Of a stretch of 64,000 bases of DNA, positions 1 to 12,250 are shown piece after piece (position 1 is the stretch's first letter; each line of letters begins with the position of its first letter). The notes under the pieces are model-generated. The model had not been told where the DNA came from and did no database searches. It saw only the letters and a program-made list of their open reading frames with translations. The stretch lies in assembly GCA_964016885.1 (NCBI GenBank), contig OZ024744.1, forward strand, positions 51,460,001 through 51,524,000. The letters are read 5' to 3'. The translations under genes and the position numbers were made by a program. Origin of the DNA: Eledone cirrhosa. Lineage: Eukaryota.

Positions 1-987
1 ACACTGCCGAGGTACTTGAAGTCGTGCACCGTCTTTAGCTGGGTGCCGCCGATGGAGATGGAAGGAGGGTGGGCGACAGAGGCAGGTGCAGGCTGGAACA
101 GGACCTCAGTCTTGTCAAGGCTAATTGTGAGACCGAAGAGGCAGGAGGCCTCCGCGAACTTGTTGACGATGACTTGGTGGTCAGACTCCCTGTGGGCCAT
201 GAGGGCACAGTCGTCAGCAAAAAGTGCCTCCAGGACGATTCTCTGCACGGTCCTTGTCTTGGCCGTCAGGCGCCGCAGGTCAAACAAAGAGCCGTCCAGT
301 CTGTATCGCTGATACACTGCGTGCTCGAGGTCCCTGACGGCATGATTGAGCACGCAGGTGAAGAACAGATTGAAGAGGACGGGAGCCAGCACGCATTCTT
401 GCTTGACGCCGTTGGTGATTCCGAACGGCTCCAATGCCTCTCCGCCCGAGCGTACCTGCCCGGTCATGTCGTCATGGAATTGCCGTATCAAGTTCACCAA
501 CTTTGTCGGGCATCCAAACTTCGACAGGATCGACCAGAGGGCTTCCCTGTTGACAGTGTCGAAGGCCTTCAAGTCTATGAAGACGGCAAAGAGGTCCTCC
601 ATGTTCTGCTCGACACACTTCTCCTGCACCTGGCGTACAGAGAATATCATGTCGATCGTACTGCGGTTTGGGCGGAACCCACACTGGGCCTCAGGCAGGT
701 TGTCTTCCGAGATGTTGGCGATGAAGCGGTTGAGCATGACCCAAGCCAGGACCTTCCCAGCGATGGACAGGAGAGAAATGTCCCGATAGTTGCCACAGTC
801 AGTTTTGCTGCCTTTGTTCTTAAAAAGCGAGACAACTGTGGCATCCCTGAAGTTTTTGAGCACCTCTTTTTCCTCCCATATGTTGACTGGACCGGCCGAC
901 TTGAAGATCTCGGTACGAATCCCATCCTTCCCAGGGGTCTTTCCTGAGCTGGTCTGGTTGATTGCCTTCGTGACTTCATCCAACGTG
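1..987 (-). mobile_element. RTE/BovB-clade LINE reverse transcriptase fragment (frameshifted, runs off window)
   Basis: Manual minus-strand translation gives CGNYRDISLLSIAGKVLA...QCGFRPNRSTIDMIF...KAFDTVNREALW...GVKQECVLAPVLFNLFF...LFADDCAL...FGLTISLDKTEV...FKYLGS, which are RTE-clade RT motifs. Confidence 0.9.
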
Positions 988-1004
988 GTGGTGGTGGTGG
1001 TGGT

Positions 1005-1035
<31 letters not shown>

Positions 1036-1153
1036 GGGGGGCAATGCTGCTGACTACGGGTTTCTGTCGGAAACAGAAATAACAACACAATCTGTGCAGT
1101 ATATGGCAGTATATGGAAAGGAGATATTAGGTTGACGCACACAGACATACACA

Positions 1154-1201
<48 letters not shown>

Positions 1202-1271
1202 ATTATAAATATATATATAAGGAAAAGAAATCGAAATTGCAACTGGAGTCTTTTTAAGAATATTTATTTAT

Positions 1272-1312
1272 TTCCTTTACTGGTTTCACAGTTCTTCTGC
1301 CTTTCAAAAGTA
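1272..1312 (-). ncRNA. Degenerate hammerhead-like motif
   Basis: Minus strand reads cttt-tgaaag-gcag(aagaa)ctgt-GAAACCAGTA-aagg, then aataaa and a (TA)n end. The 5' core box is eroded. Confidence 0.35.
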
Positions 1313-1364
1313 GAGTTAAGATGGAGGGTCTGTGGTTTTTCTCATGTGTGTGTATGTATAAAAT

Positions 1365-1445
<81 letters not shown>

Positions 1446-1650
1446 ACCGTTTGTAATCGTCCGACCTGTTAGAATTAGTAGGTAGATATATCAACATACA
1501 TCTCACCGTATAAAAAAAGAAAGAAAAATGAAGGTGACATTGGACAATTTAGTCCTAGCCATACAAATAGATGAGATATCCACGGCTGGAGCGTCTTTAA
1601 TCGTAGATATCATCCGTCAGATCTGATGTGGAGGCAAGAAACAGCATCAT

Positions 1651-1678
1651 CAACAACAACAACAACAGCAACAGCAGC

Positions 1679-1743
<65 letters not shown>

Positions 1744-2043
1744 ACACAGCAACAACAACAAACACAGCAACAACAATACCAATAATGACAGCAGCAACAC
1801 CAACAATAACAACAACAACTACTACAAACAACAACAACACCACCATCAAAACCACCACCGCCTCCACCACCACCACCACCAACAACACCACCAACACCAT
1901 TAAGACCACCACCACTCCACCACCACCACCACCACCAGCAACAACGACAACAACAACAACAACAACAGCAATAACAGCAGCAGCAGCAACAACAACACCA
2001 CTACCACCACCACTACCACCACCACCACCACCAACAACAACAA
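1651..2043. repeat. (CAA)n/(CCA)n compound microsatellite at the tail of a degenerate SINE (about 1450-1650)
   Basis: Direct inspection. Confidence 0.9.
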
Positions 2044-2471
2044 GAGTTTGTTTTGTTTTTTTAAAAACCAAACATAAGAATCTATTCTGTATTCATTGTC
2101 GGATTCTAGCTGAGAAAGAGATTTAATTAACAGTCATAATGTTATTCTATTATTTGGGGAATTACTTGTCTTCTGCCAAAGTTAAAAATAATTATTTCTG
2201 AGGAATTTATTTAATTGAAATTCTTCCTTTTATTTCCTTCTTTCTTTCTTTCTTTTTATAATTCTTCTTTAAATTCAGCTCCATGCCTGTAGCAAATACA
2301 TTTTATCCCGAACATAATTTTCAAATAAAGAAAAATAAAATAAAATAAAACTTAAAAAGCGATATATTTTCTAGTTCAATCAATTGTTAATTTAGACAGA
2401 AAGATTCACCATTCCTTGAGCAGTTAAACTCATTATTTTCTTTTTTATTTTTCTCTCTTTTTTTTTTCTTT

Positions 2472-2750
2472 TTTTACTTGTTTCTAGTCATTAGACTGCG
2501 GCCATGCTGGGGCACTGCCTTGATTTAGTTGATCCAGTACTTAATTTCTTCAGGTTTGGTACTTATTTTATCGATCTCTTTTTTTTTGTTGGACCACTAA
2601 GTTATAGGACATAAATATAAATACAGACACTACAGACAGAAACAAACGCAAACACAAGCGTTGGTTTGCAAGAGGCTATAAAAGAAGAAACTTGCCGAAG
2701 GTGCCGCGCGGCGTGACTGAACCTAGAACTATGTTGTTGCAAAGCTAATT
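2472..2750 (-). mobile_element. Degenerate tRNA-derived SINE
   Basis: ttacttgtttctagtcattagactgcggccatgctggggcactgcc...acttgccgaaggtgccgcgcggcgtgactgaacc resembles an abundant octopus SINE as I recall it; antisense B-box-like sequence near 2715-2725. Confidence 0.6.
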
Positions 2751-2869
2751 GACATAATGAATACTTTTTTTTCAAGTCTTATTCTTATTTTATCGATCAC
2801 TAAGATACGGGATACAATCATATCCGCAAACAGACACGTACACACAGACACAAACACATAGTTTCTATC

Positions 2870-3253
2870 TACTCTCGGGTCCCAAGTAATAGGAGTGTGT
2901 GGAATAAGACAGGAGTGGTGGTGTAATACGCGGTGAGGGCGCGGGTGAATAAGCGGGGTGGTTGAAAGATCGATAATTTTTCTAGGTAGTCTCCGTTGAT
3001 TTTTTAAAATCCAGAATCAATGGTTTAATTTACATATTGAGACCCCAACCCATCCTATTTATTTTATAACCGATGGGATTTCTTGTATTGTACTTTTTGT
3101 CATGTATAATGTTTTTTAATGCCTAAAGAACATTAACTGTTGCAGGAATGCTACCACTTAAAGTAAAATTAATAAGCCGGGTGGGGGTTTGTGAAAACAA
3201 TTTGAAACATTAATAAGCGGAGGGGGGGGGGGGTTATTCGAGACCCAAGAGTA
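2870..3253. mobile_element. TA-flanked MITE (Tc1/mariner-like)
   Basis: Imperfect 20-bp TIRs tactctcgggtcccaagtaa / ttattcgagacccaagagta with TA at both ends. It interrupts a SINE, and a second copy lies at 29720-30098. Confidence 0.7.
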
Positions 3254-3361
3254 CCTAATTCCATTCACAAGTCACTGGCCAAATCAAGTTAGAAGAATTC
3301 CCAACGAGCCGCGTTGTGGAATCGACACAGAACAAACTGGTTGCAATGCGAACTTCTAAAC

Positions 3362-3917
3362 CAGGAGCCGGCAACCCCTCAATCTTAGTCTAAGCGGTCC
3401 CTGAAAAAGTGCTCTGAATTATTTTGGATTAGAAAACCGACAAGAGAACACGTCTTGCTAAAAGACTTACTTAGCTGAACATAATGTTTTAATGTGACAG
3501 TAACAAACAATCAAACTCAGGCAGAGATTATCTCATGAAACAATTTACCATTTCTGCCTATATTTTATTTATAGTAAGGAATGTCATCAACGTTATATCA
3601 CATAACATTCATTGTTCTTCTTTAAATCCTGGGATTAAGGTAGCCTTCTGGACAGAGCAGTGTGAAGTCGAGCAAATTTATTGTATTTTGATATCATGGC
3701 CCACCAATGACACACTCCTTAGCTATGTGACCCACCGACGAGACATTGCATTGCAATGTGGCCCACCGACGAGACACTGCATAGCTAAGTGACCCGCTGA
3801 CGAGACACTGCATAGCTATGTAGACCACCGACGAGACACTGCATAGCTTTGAGGAGAGCTGACAAGACACTGCATACCTATGTGGCCCACACACCCCCAA
3901 AAGGTTGCCGATCCCTG
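3362..3917. mobile_element. hAT-like non-autonomous element with an internal 31-bp tandem repeat
   Basis: Ends are caggagccggcaacc and ggttgccgatccctg (12/15 TIR match, Charlie-like). About 6 units of atgtggcccaccgacgagacactgcatagct lie at 3697-3890. No clear 8-bp TSD. Confidence 0.55.
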
Positions 3918-4131
3918 TAGTCATGTCTGGTCCTATGCATTGAAGGTAATGTATGTGCACAGCTTAAAATCGGATATTAATAAATTTTAACATATACAAC
4001 CTGGCGCAAACAAAACGGCACACACACTTACATATCTACATTCAGAAATTGCTGACTGAATACGCAGGTGCATTTTCTCAAAATTCTTTCCGTTTCTCCT
4101 TCTTCTCACTCTATCTTTCTATTTCTCATTC

Positions 4132-4170
4132 AGACGTCTGATGAAGGTCTAGTGTCCGAAATGTAAACAT
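4132..4170 (+). ncRNA. Hammerhead ribozyme motif, degenerate (family A)
   Basis: CTGATGA aggtctagtgtcc GAAATGTA; homologous to the copy at 5930-5965. Confidence 0.5.
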
Positions 4171-4255
4171 ACTTTCTTACTATGTCAAGTGTTAACCTAA
4201 CATATTTCTTCATTGTAATGTGTTGTTTGTTTTGTTGTTTCCGTTTCCGTTTTGC

Positions 4256-4294
<39 letters not shown>

Positions 4295-4298
<4 letters not shown>

Positions 4299-5880
4299 TA
4301 TTTGGGGAGGGTCATATTTGCGTAATATTGCCAGAATTAATAACAGAACACACTCACTGTTTGGTTGGTTTTCGCTTCTCGCTGTCTTTTATATATATAT
4401 ATCTGCGATCTAACTTACTCGGTCCTCAATGTTGCCATTGACTGACCGGCGGTCAAAAATAAAATAATACAGATACAATATAGACAAACACATATATATA
4501 TAGTTTACATAAATCTTTCGTTGCACATCTGCAACATCGTCAGTGGTGTTATATTCATTGTTCCTCCTGTTGTGTTGTATGTCTACGCCATTTTTTTTTT
4601 TTTTTTTTTTTGTTCAGTCCGTCTATATATTTATTTATTTGTTTGCTTGTTTGTTTATCTTATTTTATTTTGTCTTCTTTGCGCATGCGTTTGCGTGTGT
4701 GATGTGTGACTAGTGTGTATAGTGTTGTGTCTGCTGGGTGACTAGTGTGTGTTTATGTGCTTGTGTATGTATTTATTTATCTTATTTTATTTAATTTAAT
4801 TTACTTATTTATTTATACTTCTCTTAGGTCAGTGTTGTTTGTTTGGGTGTTGTTGTTGTTCCACTCATTCTTTCTGTTTAGCTTTGGTCTTCTAATTTCT
4901 ATTTCACTGGCCTCTCTGATTTGCCTATCTGCTGGGTCATTCCTATGTTTAGATATTATTCTAATTTCTATGTTGTCTATGTTACCGTCATGATGTTGTC
5001 TAGCATGTTCGTATAGTACTGACCCGTTTTTTCGTCCTTTTAGTTCCCCCCAGTGTTCGTCTATCCTTTCACCTATGCTACGAGCTGTCTCACCTATGTA
5101 TGTTGTTGTCGTGTTTCTACAAGTACCCTCTGTACATCTTATGCTATAGACTACGTTTCTAGTTTTACAGTTTATCCGGGGGTTCACCTTACATATGATA
5201 CATTTCCTATTGGTACAGTGGGTTTTCTTAAAAGGGTAGGTTTTGCTGATCAGGGATTTTATGGTGGTTCCTGGCTTTTCTACCACCTTTATTTTTAAGT
5301 GGGTCTTTCTCAGGGCCTTTCTACACTGGTTAGCTAATTTCCCTCCAGGGGTGGCGTCCACAAACATGACACTCTGATATCTCTGGTTGTCGTACCATGA
5401 TGTGGCCTTCCCTATCTTATGTCTAGCCCTATCTAAGCTATTCCATGATTTGCTCCTGTATAGTGGGCAAATTCCTTTCATGTCCAGTTCTATGAGGGTC
5501 TTATACTTTTCCATGGCTCCTTCGTATACTCTGACTCTGTCTCTTTGGTTGTAGCCAGAGAACTGCATGCGGTTGATGAAGTGTTGGATGTGTCCTTCCA
5601 TTTCTGTTGGGTCGCACATGCTGGACACATTCTTCATCACTCGTACCAAATCTGCGATCAGAATATTAAACTTAGCACTACTGGACATTGCTGAGTTTTT
5701 GAGTATCAGGTATTTGGAGGCCATGGGTTTAGCATAGTGTGAGTGGAGAATTTGGGCTCTCTCGTCTATAGTGTTAATCCAGGCAATATTACGCAAATAT
5801 GACCCTCCCCAAATATAACAATATCTGTTTCGACACACGATTTCATATAAAAAACCTCGCAAAACTAATTCATCGCCGCT
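4295..5880 (-). mobile_element. Penelope-like element copy 1 (5'-truncated; RT thumb + GIY-YIG) with an inverted 3' tag
   Basis: ORF 4813-5780 reads HYAKPM...CxxC...NVVYSIRC...YIGETARSIGERIDEH...RQIREA...LNRK. The 3' UTR has an HHR. 5782-5880 is an inverted copy of the element's 3' end. (TA)n on both sides. Confidence 0.9.
4508..4548 (-). ncRNA. Hammerhead ribozyme in the pLTR of PLE copy 1
   Basis: Minus strand: CTGACGA t gttgca(gatg)tgcaac GAAAGATTTA, with a perfect 6-bp stem II. Confidence 0.7.
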
Positions 5881-5929
5881 ATATATATATATATATATAT
5901 ATATACGTGTGCAAAACATTATCATTCTT

Positions 5930-5965
5930 TCTTCTGATGAAGAACTAGCGTCCGAAACGTTAAGA
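5930..5965 (+). ncRNA. Minimal type I hammerhead ribozyme (family A)
   Basis: tctt CTGATGA agaactagcgtcc GAA ACGT T|aaga; palindromic ACGT loop III; inside a roughly 150-bp element between (TA)n tracts. Confidence 0.7.
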
Positions 5966-6054
5966 CCCTCTTCCTGCTATTTCAAGCGTTAACCTAATAT
6001 ATTCCTTTCCCTCCATATACTGTACCATTTGTATTGTTATTTCTGTTTACTTAT

Positions 6055-6139
<85 letters not shown>

Positions 6140-6144
6140 CATAG

Positions 6145-6180
<36 letters not shown>

Positions 6181-6572
6181 TTATATATATATATATACAC
6201 GCACACACACAGACACACACACATATATATCTATATATATATATATACGCACACGTTTATACAAGTACACACAAACTACACAGTAATGCATATAGTGCTA
6301 TACAAATGCTAACGTTTGCTTCTCCAGACTGTTACTACCTTGTTGCCTTGGTAACATAATAAACTAAAGGAAAAAAAATATATGTCGCCACGCCATTTTA
6401 ACTCTACTGTTTGCAAATCTTCACCGATTTATGTTATAAAAAAAACATGGTATAAAAATAATAAGGTTGTTGCTTTAAGCTAATTTTAGGCAAACAAGTC
6501 GTTTTACATATATTTGTGTGTGTCTTTAATGTATGTATGTATGTATGTGTGTACGTATGTATGCATGCATGC

Positions 6573-6621
<49 letters not shown>

Positions 6622-6796
6622 ACATACATATATATATGTATATAATAATAATGCCTTTCTTTATTTCAAAAGATCCCGTTTACGGTGGTGAAAGCAGAAA
6701 TTCTTTGTTTAAAATTTAATCTATACTAATAATAAATATGTATATATAGGTACATATAGGTACATATATGTATATATATATATTTATATATATATA

Positions 6797-6840
<44 letters not shown>

Positions 6841-6847
6841 TGTACAT

Positions 6848-6919
<72 letters not shown>

Positions 6920-6935
6920 GAGTACACATATATAT

Positions 6936-7288
6936 ATACTCCGATATGTCCAGCTCCTGGTTGCGTTGTTATTTCTCTGATTCCAGTTCCTCAGAGAAAT
7001 AACAACCCAACCATGAGCTGGACATATCGGAGTATTGACGGAGTAAAACACTTGAAGAACATGTGTACCTGTCTCTACCACACCAATTCGGACTGCCTGA
7101 AGACGTCACAGCCAAGGATGGCTGTCACCGAAATATATATAGCAGTATATCTTTAATAAACGAAGCCAAATTTTAAATATTTGATTTAATTATTTTATTT
7201 TACTCCGGAGTAACCAAACCAACCTGCGTACTTCGTCGAGTTCTCCAATCTGCATACTGAGGTGTCGGTAAACAACCAACATATACTA
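6936..7288 (+). mobile_element. HHR-bearing mini-element (family D) with a 5' fold-back hairpin
   Basis: Inverted arms 6936-6980/6991-7035; homologous to 60438-60868. Confidence 0.75.
7092..7146 (+). ncRNA. Type I hammerhead ribozyme (family D)
   Basis: actgc CTGAAGA cgtcacagcca(agga)tggctgtcacc GAA ATATATAT A|gcagt. Confidence 0.8.
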
Positions 7289-7389
7289 AAAAAAAAAAAA
7301 AAAGAAAAAAAAAAAAAATATATATATATATAGTTTCGTTGACAAATATATCAAAGTGCCCGGACACGTAGATATATTGCCCTTGGTAT

Positions 7390-7448
<59 letters not shown>

Positions 7449-7739
7449 ATATATATGAATGGTTTTCAGAAGTTAAATAATTTGTTCACTACATTAGTAG
7501 GGAAGATTCAGATTTATACCATATAGAAATGACTTCTACATGACTAGAACTGCTTCATCCGTTTGAAATCACCTGATAATTTCTAATGAATAATATATGA
7601 CCAGAATCTAAAGAGAACTCGATAAGATTTAACTGGATAAGAGTTATAAAATAAACCCGTAGAAAAATTATTTATTATTAGTGCAGATGATTCCGCTTCG
7701 GATGAAACCAGAAATTCCTTGTTTAAACCTTAATCTGTA

Positions 7740-7796
<57 letters not shown>

Positions 7797-8020
7797 GAAA
7801 GTAAAAAACAACAACGCAGGAGTCAAAGTTACGAAAGGTTTATATACAGTATATATATATATATTTATTTATTTAAATAACAGATTAAAGTTTAAGCAAA
7901 GAATCGCTGCTTTCACCCTTAACGGGATCTTGCTCTATACTTTTTATATATTTGATATATATTTATCCTTATCGAGCCTTCTTTGGATTTTAGTCTTCAC
8001 ATTTATTATTATTACTATAT

Positions 8021-8079
<59 letters not shown>

Positions 8080-8099
8080 ATAAATATATATATATATAC

Positions 8100-8137
<38 letters not shown>

Positions 8138-8283
8138 CATAAAGAGTCAGGAATTCGACGGCTGAGCTGTTGCTGTTTCAACAGCTAGTTCCCGGATTCT
8201 TTATAATATACCCAAGTATCCAGTACTCTGTTGAGTAATGGTCTAACCAGTTTCAAATTGAATACATCCTGATACACACACAG

Positions 8284-8377
<94 letters not shown>

Positions 8378-8582
8378 GAGTTGATAACACAACCATATAA
8401 GGCAAAGAATAATTCAAAGCCCCAATGCGATTTTATAGTCCACAGCAAAATAGGTAAATGACAATCTAGAGTTTAATCCAATTAGTAAATTCCATTCACA
8501 GTAGTTTTAGAATTTCACAGAACATATATAAATATAAATGAATAAAGAATAAACAGCATAAATTACATTAAATTCTTTAATT

Positions 8583-8649
8583 GATTTACGAACGTTTCAG
8601 TCAGTATATCTGGTAAATATATTTCTGTTGTATTGCTTTCTTCAGAATC
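8583..8649 (-). ncRNA. Type I hammerhead ribozyme with a long stem II
   Basis: Minus strand: gatt CTGAAGA aagcaatac...atactgact GAA ACGTTCGT A|aatc. Confidence 0.6.
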
Positions 8650-8851
8650 TATTAAATAACATACATAACATAAACCTTTTTAAGTCACTGCACGTTATAT
8701 CTTTATTACTAATACATTTTTAATTGCGTCTTTAGTCTTCCATAAAGTTTTAACGTTTTCCCAACTCTACATTAAATTTGTTTATGTTTTCGGAATGGAG
8801 ATATTCGGACATGTGTTTGGTAAATAATTATGTTATGTATGTTGTTTAATA

Positions 8852-8918
8852 TATCCTGAAGAAATCAATACATCAGAAATATATATTCCTGTTGTATTTG
8901 ATTGAAACATTCGTAATT
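8852..8918 (+). ncRNA. Type I hammerhead ribozyme with a long stem II (diverged inverted partner of 8583-8649)
   Basis: CTGAAGA aatcaatacatcag...ctgttgtatttgatt GAAACATTCGTA. Confidence 0.6.
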
Positions 8919-9032
8919 TAATCCTAGTTATTTTTATTCATTATATATGCGAGCAAACATCACACCAAGATGGTAATCCATTACCAGCAGCATATCAGCA
9001 CATTTGCATAATTACATCTCATAATTGTATGA

Positions 9033-9073
9033 GCATCTGATGATGTCACATGTCATTGAAATGTATATTATGC
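9033..9073 (+). ncRNA. Hammerhead ribozyme motif with an eroded stem II
   Basis: gcat CTGATGA tgtcacatgtcatt GAAATGTATATT|atgc, followed by aataaa. Confidence 0.55.
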
Positions 9074-9240
9074 AATAAAACAATTATGGAAACTCCATCA
9101 CACCTAATCACCAACATCTATCTGGGCATACACTACTGACGTGAAGTGCTTTTGGATCGCTTAAACTGGTATATCCTCGCGGAGTCACAACGTAACCTCC
9201 ACGGATAAATACTCTTATTATCTGCACTATATATATATAT

Positions 9241-9650
9241 GGTAAGGGTGTTGGACTTACGATCATAATGCGGCGGGTTCGATTCCTGGGTTGCGTGTTG
9301 TGTTCTTGAGCAAAACACTTCATTTCATGTTGCTCCAGTATACTCAGCTGAAAATGAGTACAAGCAATAGCTGGGGTTTAACCCTGCGATGGATTGGCGT
9401 CCTGTCCAGGGGAGAGTATTATACTCTCAGTCGCTTCACACCATGAAACCGGGATAAGCACCAGCTAAATGAGCCCTCTGGCTTAAGACAGACTTTTAGA
9501 TATGTAGATATGTGTGTATGTGTGTGTTTATTGGCTGAGTGGTTAGGGAATTGGATTCGCAATCATGAGGTTGTGAGTTCGATTCCTGGACCAGGCGATG
9601 CGTTATGTCCTTGAGCAAGGCACTTTATTTCACTTTGCTCCTTCTACCTG
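9241..9650 (+). mobile_element. Two tRNA-derived SINE copies
   Basis: B-box-like gttcgattcc followed by the body ttgtgt(t/c)cttgagcaa...cacttcatttca. Related copies at 21105-21350 and 55452-55772. Confidence 0.7.
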
Positions 9651-9756
9651 GAGTTGCGACCGATAGATAGTACTAGCAATTGGAAAGACCAACGGAAACA
9701 TTGTTTCCTCGGCCCGATTTGACGAAAGTCGATCGTCTCCTCTCTCTATATATATA

Positions 9757-9800
<44 letters not shown>

Positions 9801-9818
9801 AAATACATATACATATAT

Positions 9819-10120
9819 AAGCAAATGGGATATTCAATTTGTTGGTAATTCAACAAATATAAATGTTTATAACTAATTCAAAGCACTCGACAAGGTTTCT
9901 GGAGTATAATATTCAATGATATTAAAAAAATACCTTAACAGTTCAAGGAAAAACTTGAACCGTTAAGGTATTTTTTCTGGTTATGTCAATATTTATAAAC
10001 CAAACTTTGTATTTTATCTGATGAGAGCGTACCAAAGTTTTGGAACTCTTGAAATATGTATAATAGAATAAATATGGTTTTATAAATATAGTTTCCATTT
10101 ATTTAATATCATTGAATATT
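9819..10120 (+). mobile_element. HHR mini-element (family C) with an inverted segment; HHR at 10010-10070
   Basis: tattttat CTGATGA gagcgtaccaa...ttggaactctt GAA ATATGTAT A|atagaata; hairpin at about 9924-9976; (TA)n flanks. Confidence 0.75.
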
Positions 10121-10130
10121 TATATATATA

Positions 10131-11603
10131 TTTCGTTTCTGAATTTGTTTAGCAAGATTTTTTTATCTGAAAACGTGTGTTGAAACCGATATTGTTATGC
10201 TTTGGGAGGGTCATGTTGCCAATGAGTTACAATAGACTACCCAAGCAAACACCCGAACCATCGATTACCTGTACTAGACACAGAGATCTGGTTAGATACC
10301 ATTAATAACAAAAAACAAATCCTCCATTCCCATTATGCCAACCCCATAACTGCCAAATATCTGATCCACCGAAACTCAGCTGTTTCGGAGCATACCAAAA
10401 TCAACATACTGATTGCGAATCTAGTACGGGTGATGAGAAACGTGTCCCGCATGTGCAACTCAAAAGAACTAGAGAGACACATACAACACTTCATCCACCG
10501 TATGCAGTTCTCTGGTTACAATCAGAGTATATAGAGGAGCCAGAACCAAATGGGAAAAAATGGTAAATAATGATACAAATGGGACCTGCCCCTTGTATAG
10601 GAGCAAATTTTGAAATAGAATAGAAAGAACTATGAATAAGGTTAATAGAATAAACTCATGGTATGATAGCAATAAATACCAAAGTGTAATGTTCATCGAT
10701 ACAACCCCTAGAGGTGAATTAGCTTACAAATTTAGAAGGGCCCTAGATAAACATAAACTCAATATTAAGATAGTAGAAAGACCAGGTACCTCCATAAAAA
10801 CACTTATTAGCAATACATACCCTTTTCAAAGACCTCCCTGTATAGATAAGAAATGTATAATCTGTAAACTAAGCCCCATATTAACTGTAAAACTAGAAAT
10901 GTAGTATATAGCATAAGATGTACTGAAGGACAATGTAGAGATAAGAATATAGTGTACATAGGTGAGACAGCTCGTAGAATAGGGGAACGGATAAATGAAC
11001 ACTGGCGAGAGCTTCAAGATAGTAAAGAATCCCCTGTACTCCACCAACATGCTAAAATAGAACATAAGGGTAAATTAGAGAACAGAAATAAAAATAGAAT
11101 TTTCACACAGAAAAGACGCAATGTTTAGACAAATCACAGAGGCAATAAACATAAATGAACTCCAACCAAAATTAAATAGAAAACATGAATGGAATAGCAA
11201 CATCACAACTTATAATTAAGGACAAAATGAAAACACACACACACATAGAACACACAACCAACCAGTAACATGTAAATAAACAAATAAATAAACAAATATA
11301 TACACACGCAGACACCCGGATGTAACACATGCACAAACTAAGCACACAACAAAAACAAGATGGCGTAGGACAGAACAAAGGAGAGGCACAAAAAACAAAG
11401 AAAAGAATCCCAGTCACTGAAGAGGTCACATAATGTGTGACGAAAGAACTTTAACAATATATGAACAATCGTCTCGTTGTGGAACCAATCAACCAACCGG
11501 AAATTTATAAATTCCTAAATTTATAAATTTAATTTATAATAAATTGAAGTGAAAGCAACTGGTGCGTGTGTTTCTTATTGGCAACATGACCCTCCCAAAG
11601 CAT

Positions 11604-11609
<6 letters not shown>
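10131..11609 (+). mobile_element. Penelope-like element copy 2 (5'-truncated, degraded) with an inverted 3' tag
   Basis: YQSVMFIDTTPRGEL...CIICK...VYIGETARRIGERINEH. HHR at 11413-11455. 10131-10223 is the inverted 3' terminus. Confidence 0.88.
11413..11455 (+). ncRNA. Hammerhead ribozyme in the pLTR of PLE copy 2
   Basis: gtca CTGAAGA g gtcaca(taatg)tgtgac GAA AGAACT T|taac. Confidence 0.75.
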
Positions 11610-11650
<41 letters not shown>

Positions 11651-11654
<4 letters not shown>

Positions 11655-12014
11655 GAGGTTATATTTAATTTGTTGGGATACTACAACAAGCAAAATATTT
11701 TTATAACTGATATAAACACACAACAAATTATTGGAGTAAATATACAATATATTAACAAATAGAAACTATATTTATAAAACCATATTTATTTCATTATACA
11801 TATTTCAAGGGCCACCAGAGCAAACTATGGTGCGCTTTCATCATCCTATCCAGGAGATTCCAGCCAGAATGGTTGTATTTTTTAAGGGTATGTCAAACTA
11901 ACCTATATTATATTTTATCTGATGAAAGCGAACCATAGTTTGCTCTGGTGGCCCTTGAAATATGTATAATGAAATAAATATGGTTTTATAAATATAGTTT
12001 CTATTTGTTAATAT

Positions 12015-12019
<5 letters not shown>
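11651..12019. mobile_element. HHR mini-element (family C), inverted pair; intact HHR at 11911-11976 (+)
   Basis: The minus arm is truncated inside the core box (tcatca at about 11838-11843). The plus arm reads tattttat CTGATGA...GAA ATATGTAT A|atgaaata. Confidence 0.75.
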
Positions 12020-12061
<42 letters not shown>

Positions 12062-12063
<2 letters not shown>

Positions 12064-12250
12064 CGAAGGAGTTGTGGCAAGGAACCAGATGGACCATAAG
12101 GCACCAGAGTACTCAATACTTAGGGTAGTACAGTGGGTAATAGGAGAAAGTATGACCCCGACGGCAGAGCTCAAGCTGTTTCAACGGCTAGTCCAGAAAT
12201 AGCCGTCGAAAAGGTTGGAGCTCTGCCGTCGGGGTCATACTTTCTCCTAT
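12062..12250. mobile_element. Family B fold-back mini-element (half hammerheads)
   Basis: Palindrome centred on aacggcta-gtccagaaa-tagccgtc; each arm carries GAAA-stem III-GTC-ggggtc. Confidence 0.75.

Noticed and set aside
69-947. 292-aa plus-strand ORF
   Set aside because: It is the antisense shadow of the minus-strand RTE reverse transcriptase.
3697-3890. 31-bp repeats resembling a CRISPR array
   Set aside because: The repeats are contiguous with no unique spacers, there are no cas genes, and the context is eukaryotic within a TIR element.
5782-5925. N-terminus of the 370-aa ORF 4813..5925
   Set aside because: The first roughly 48 codons read through the (TA)n and the inverted tag and are not part of the PLE protein.
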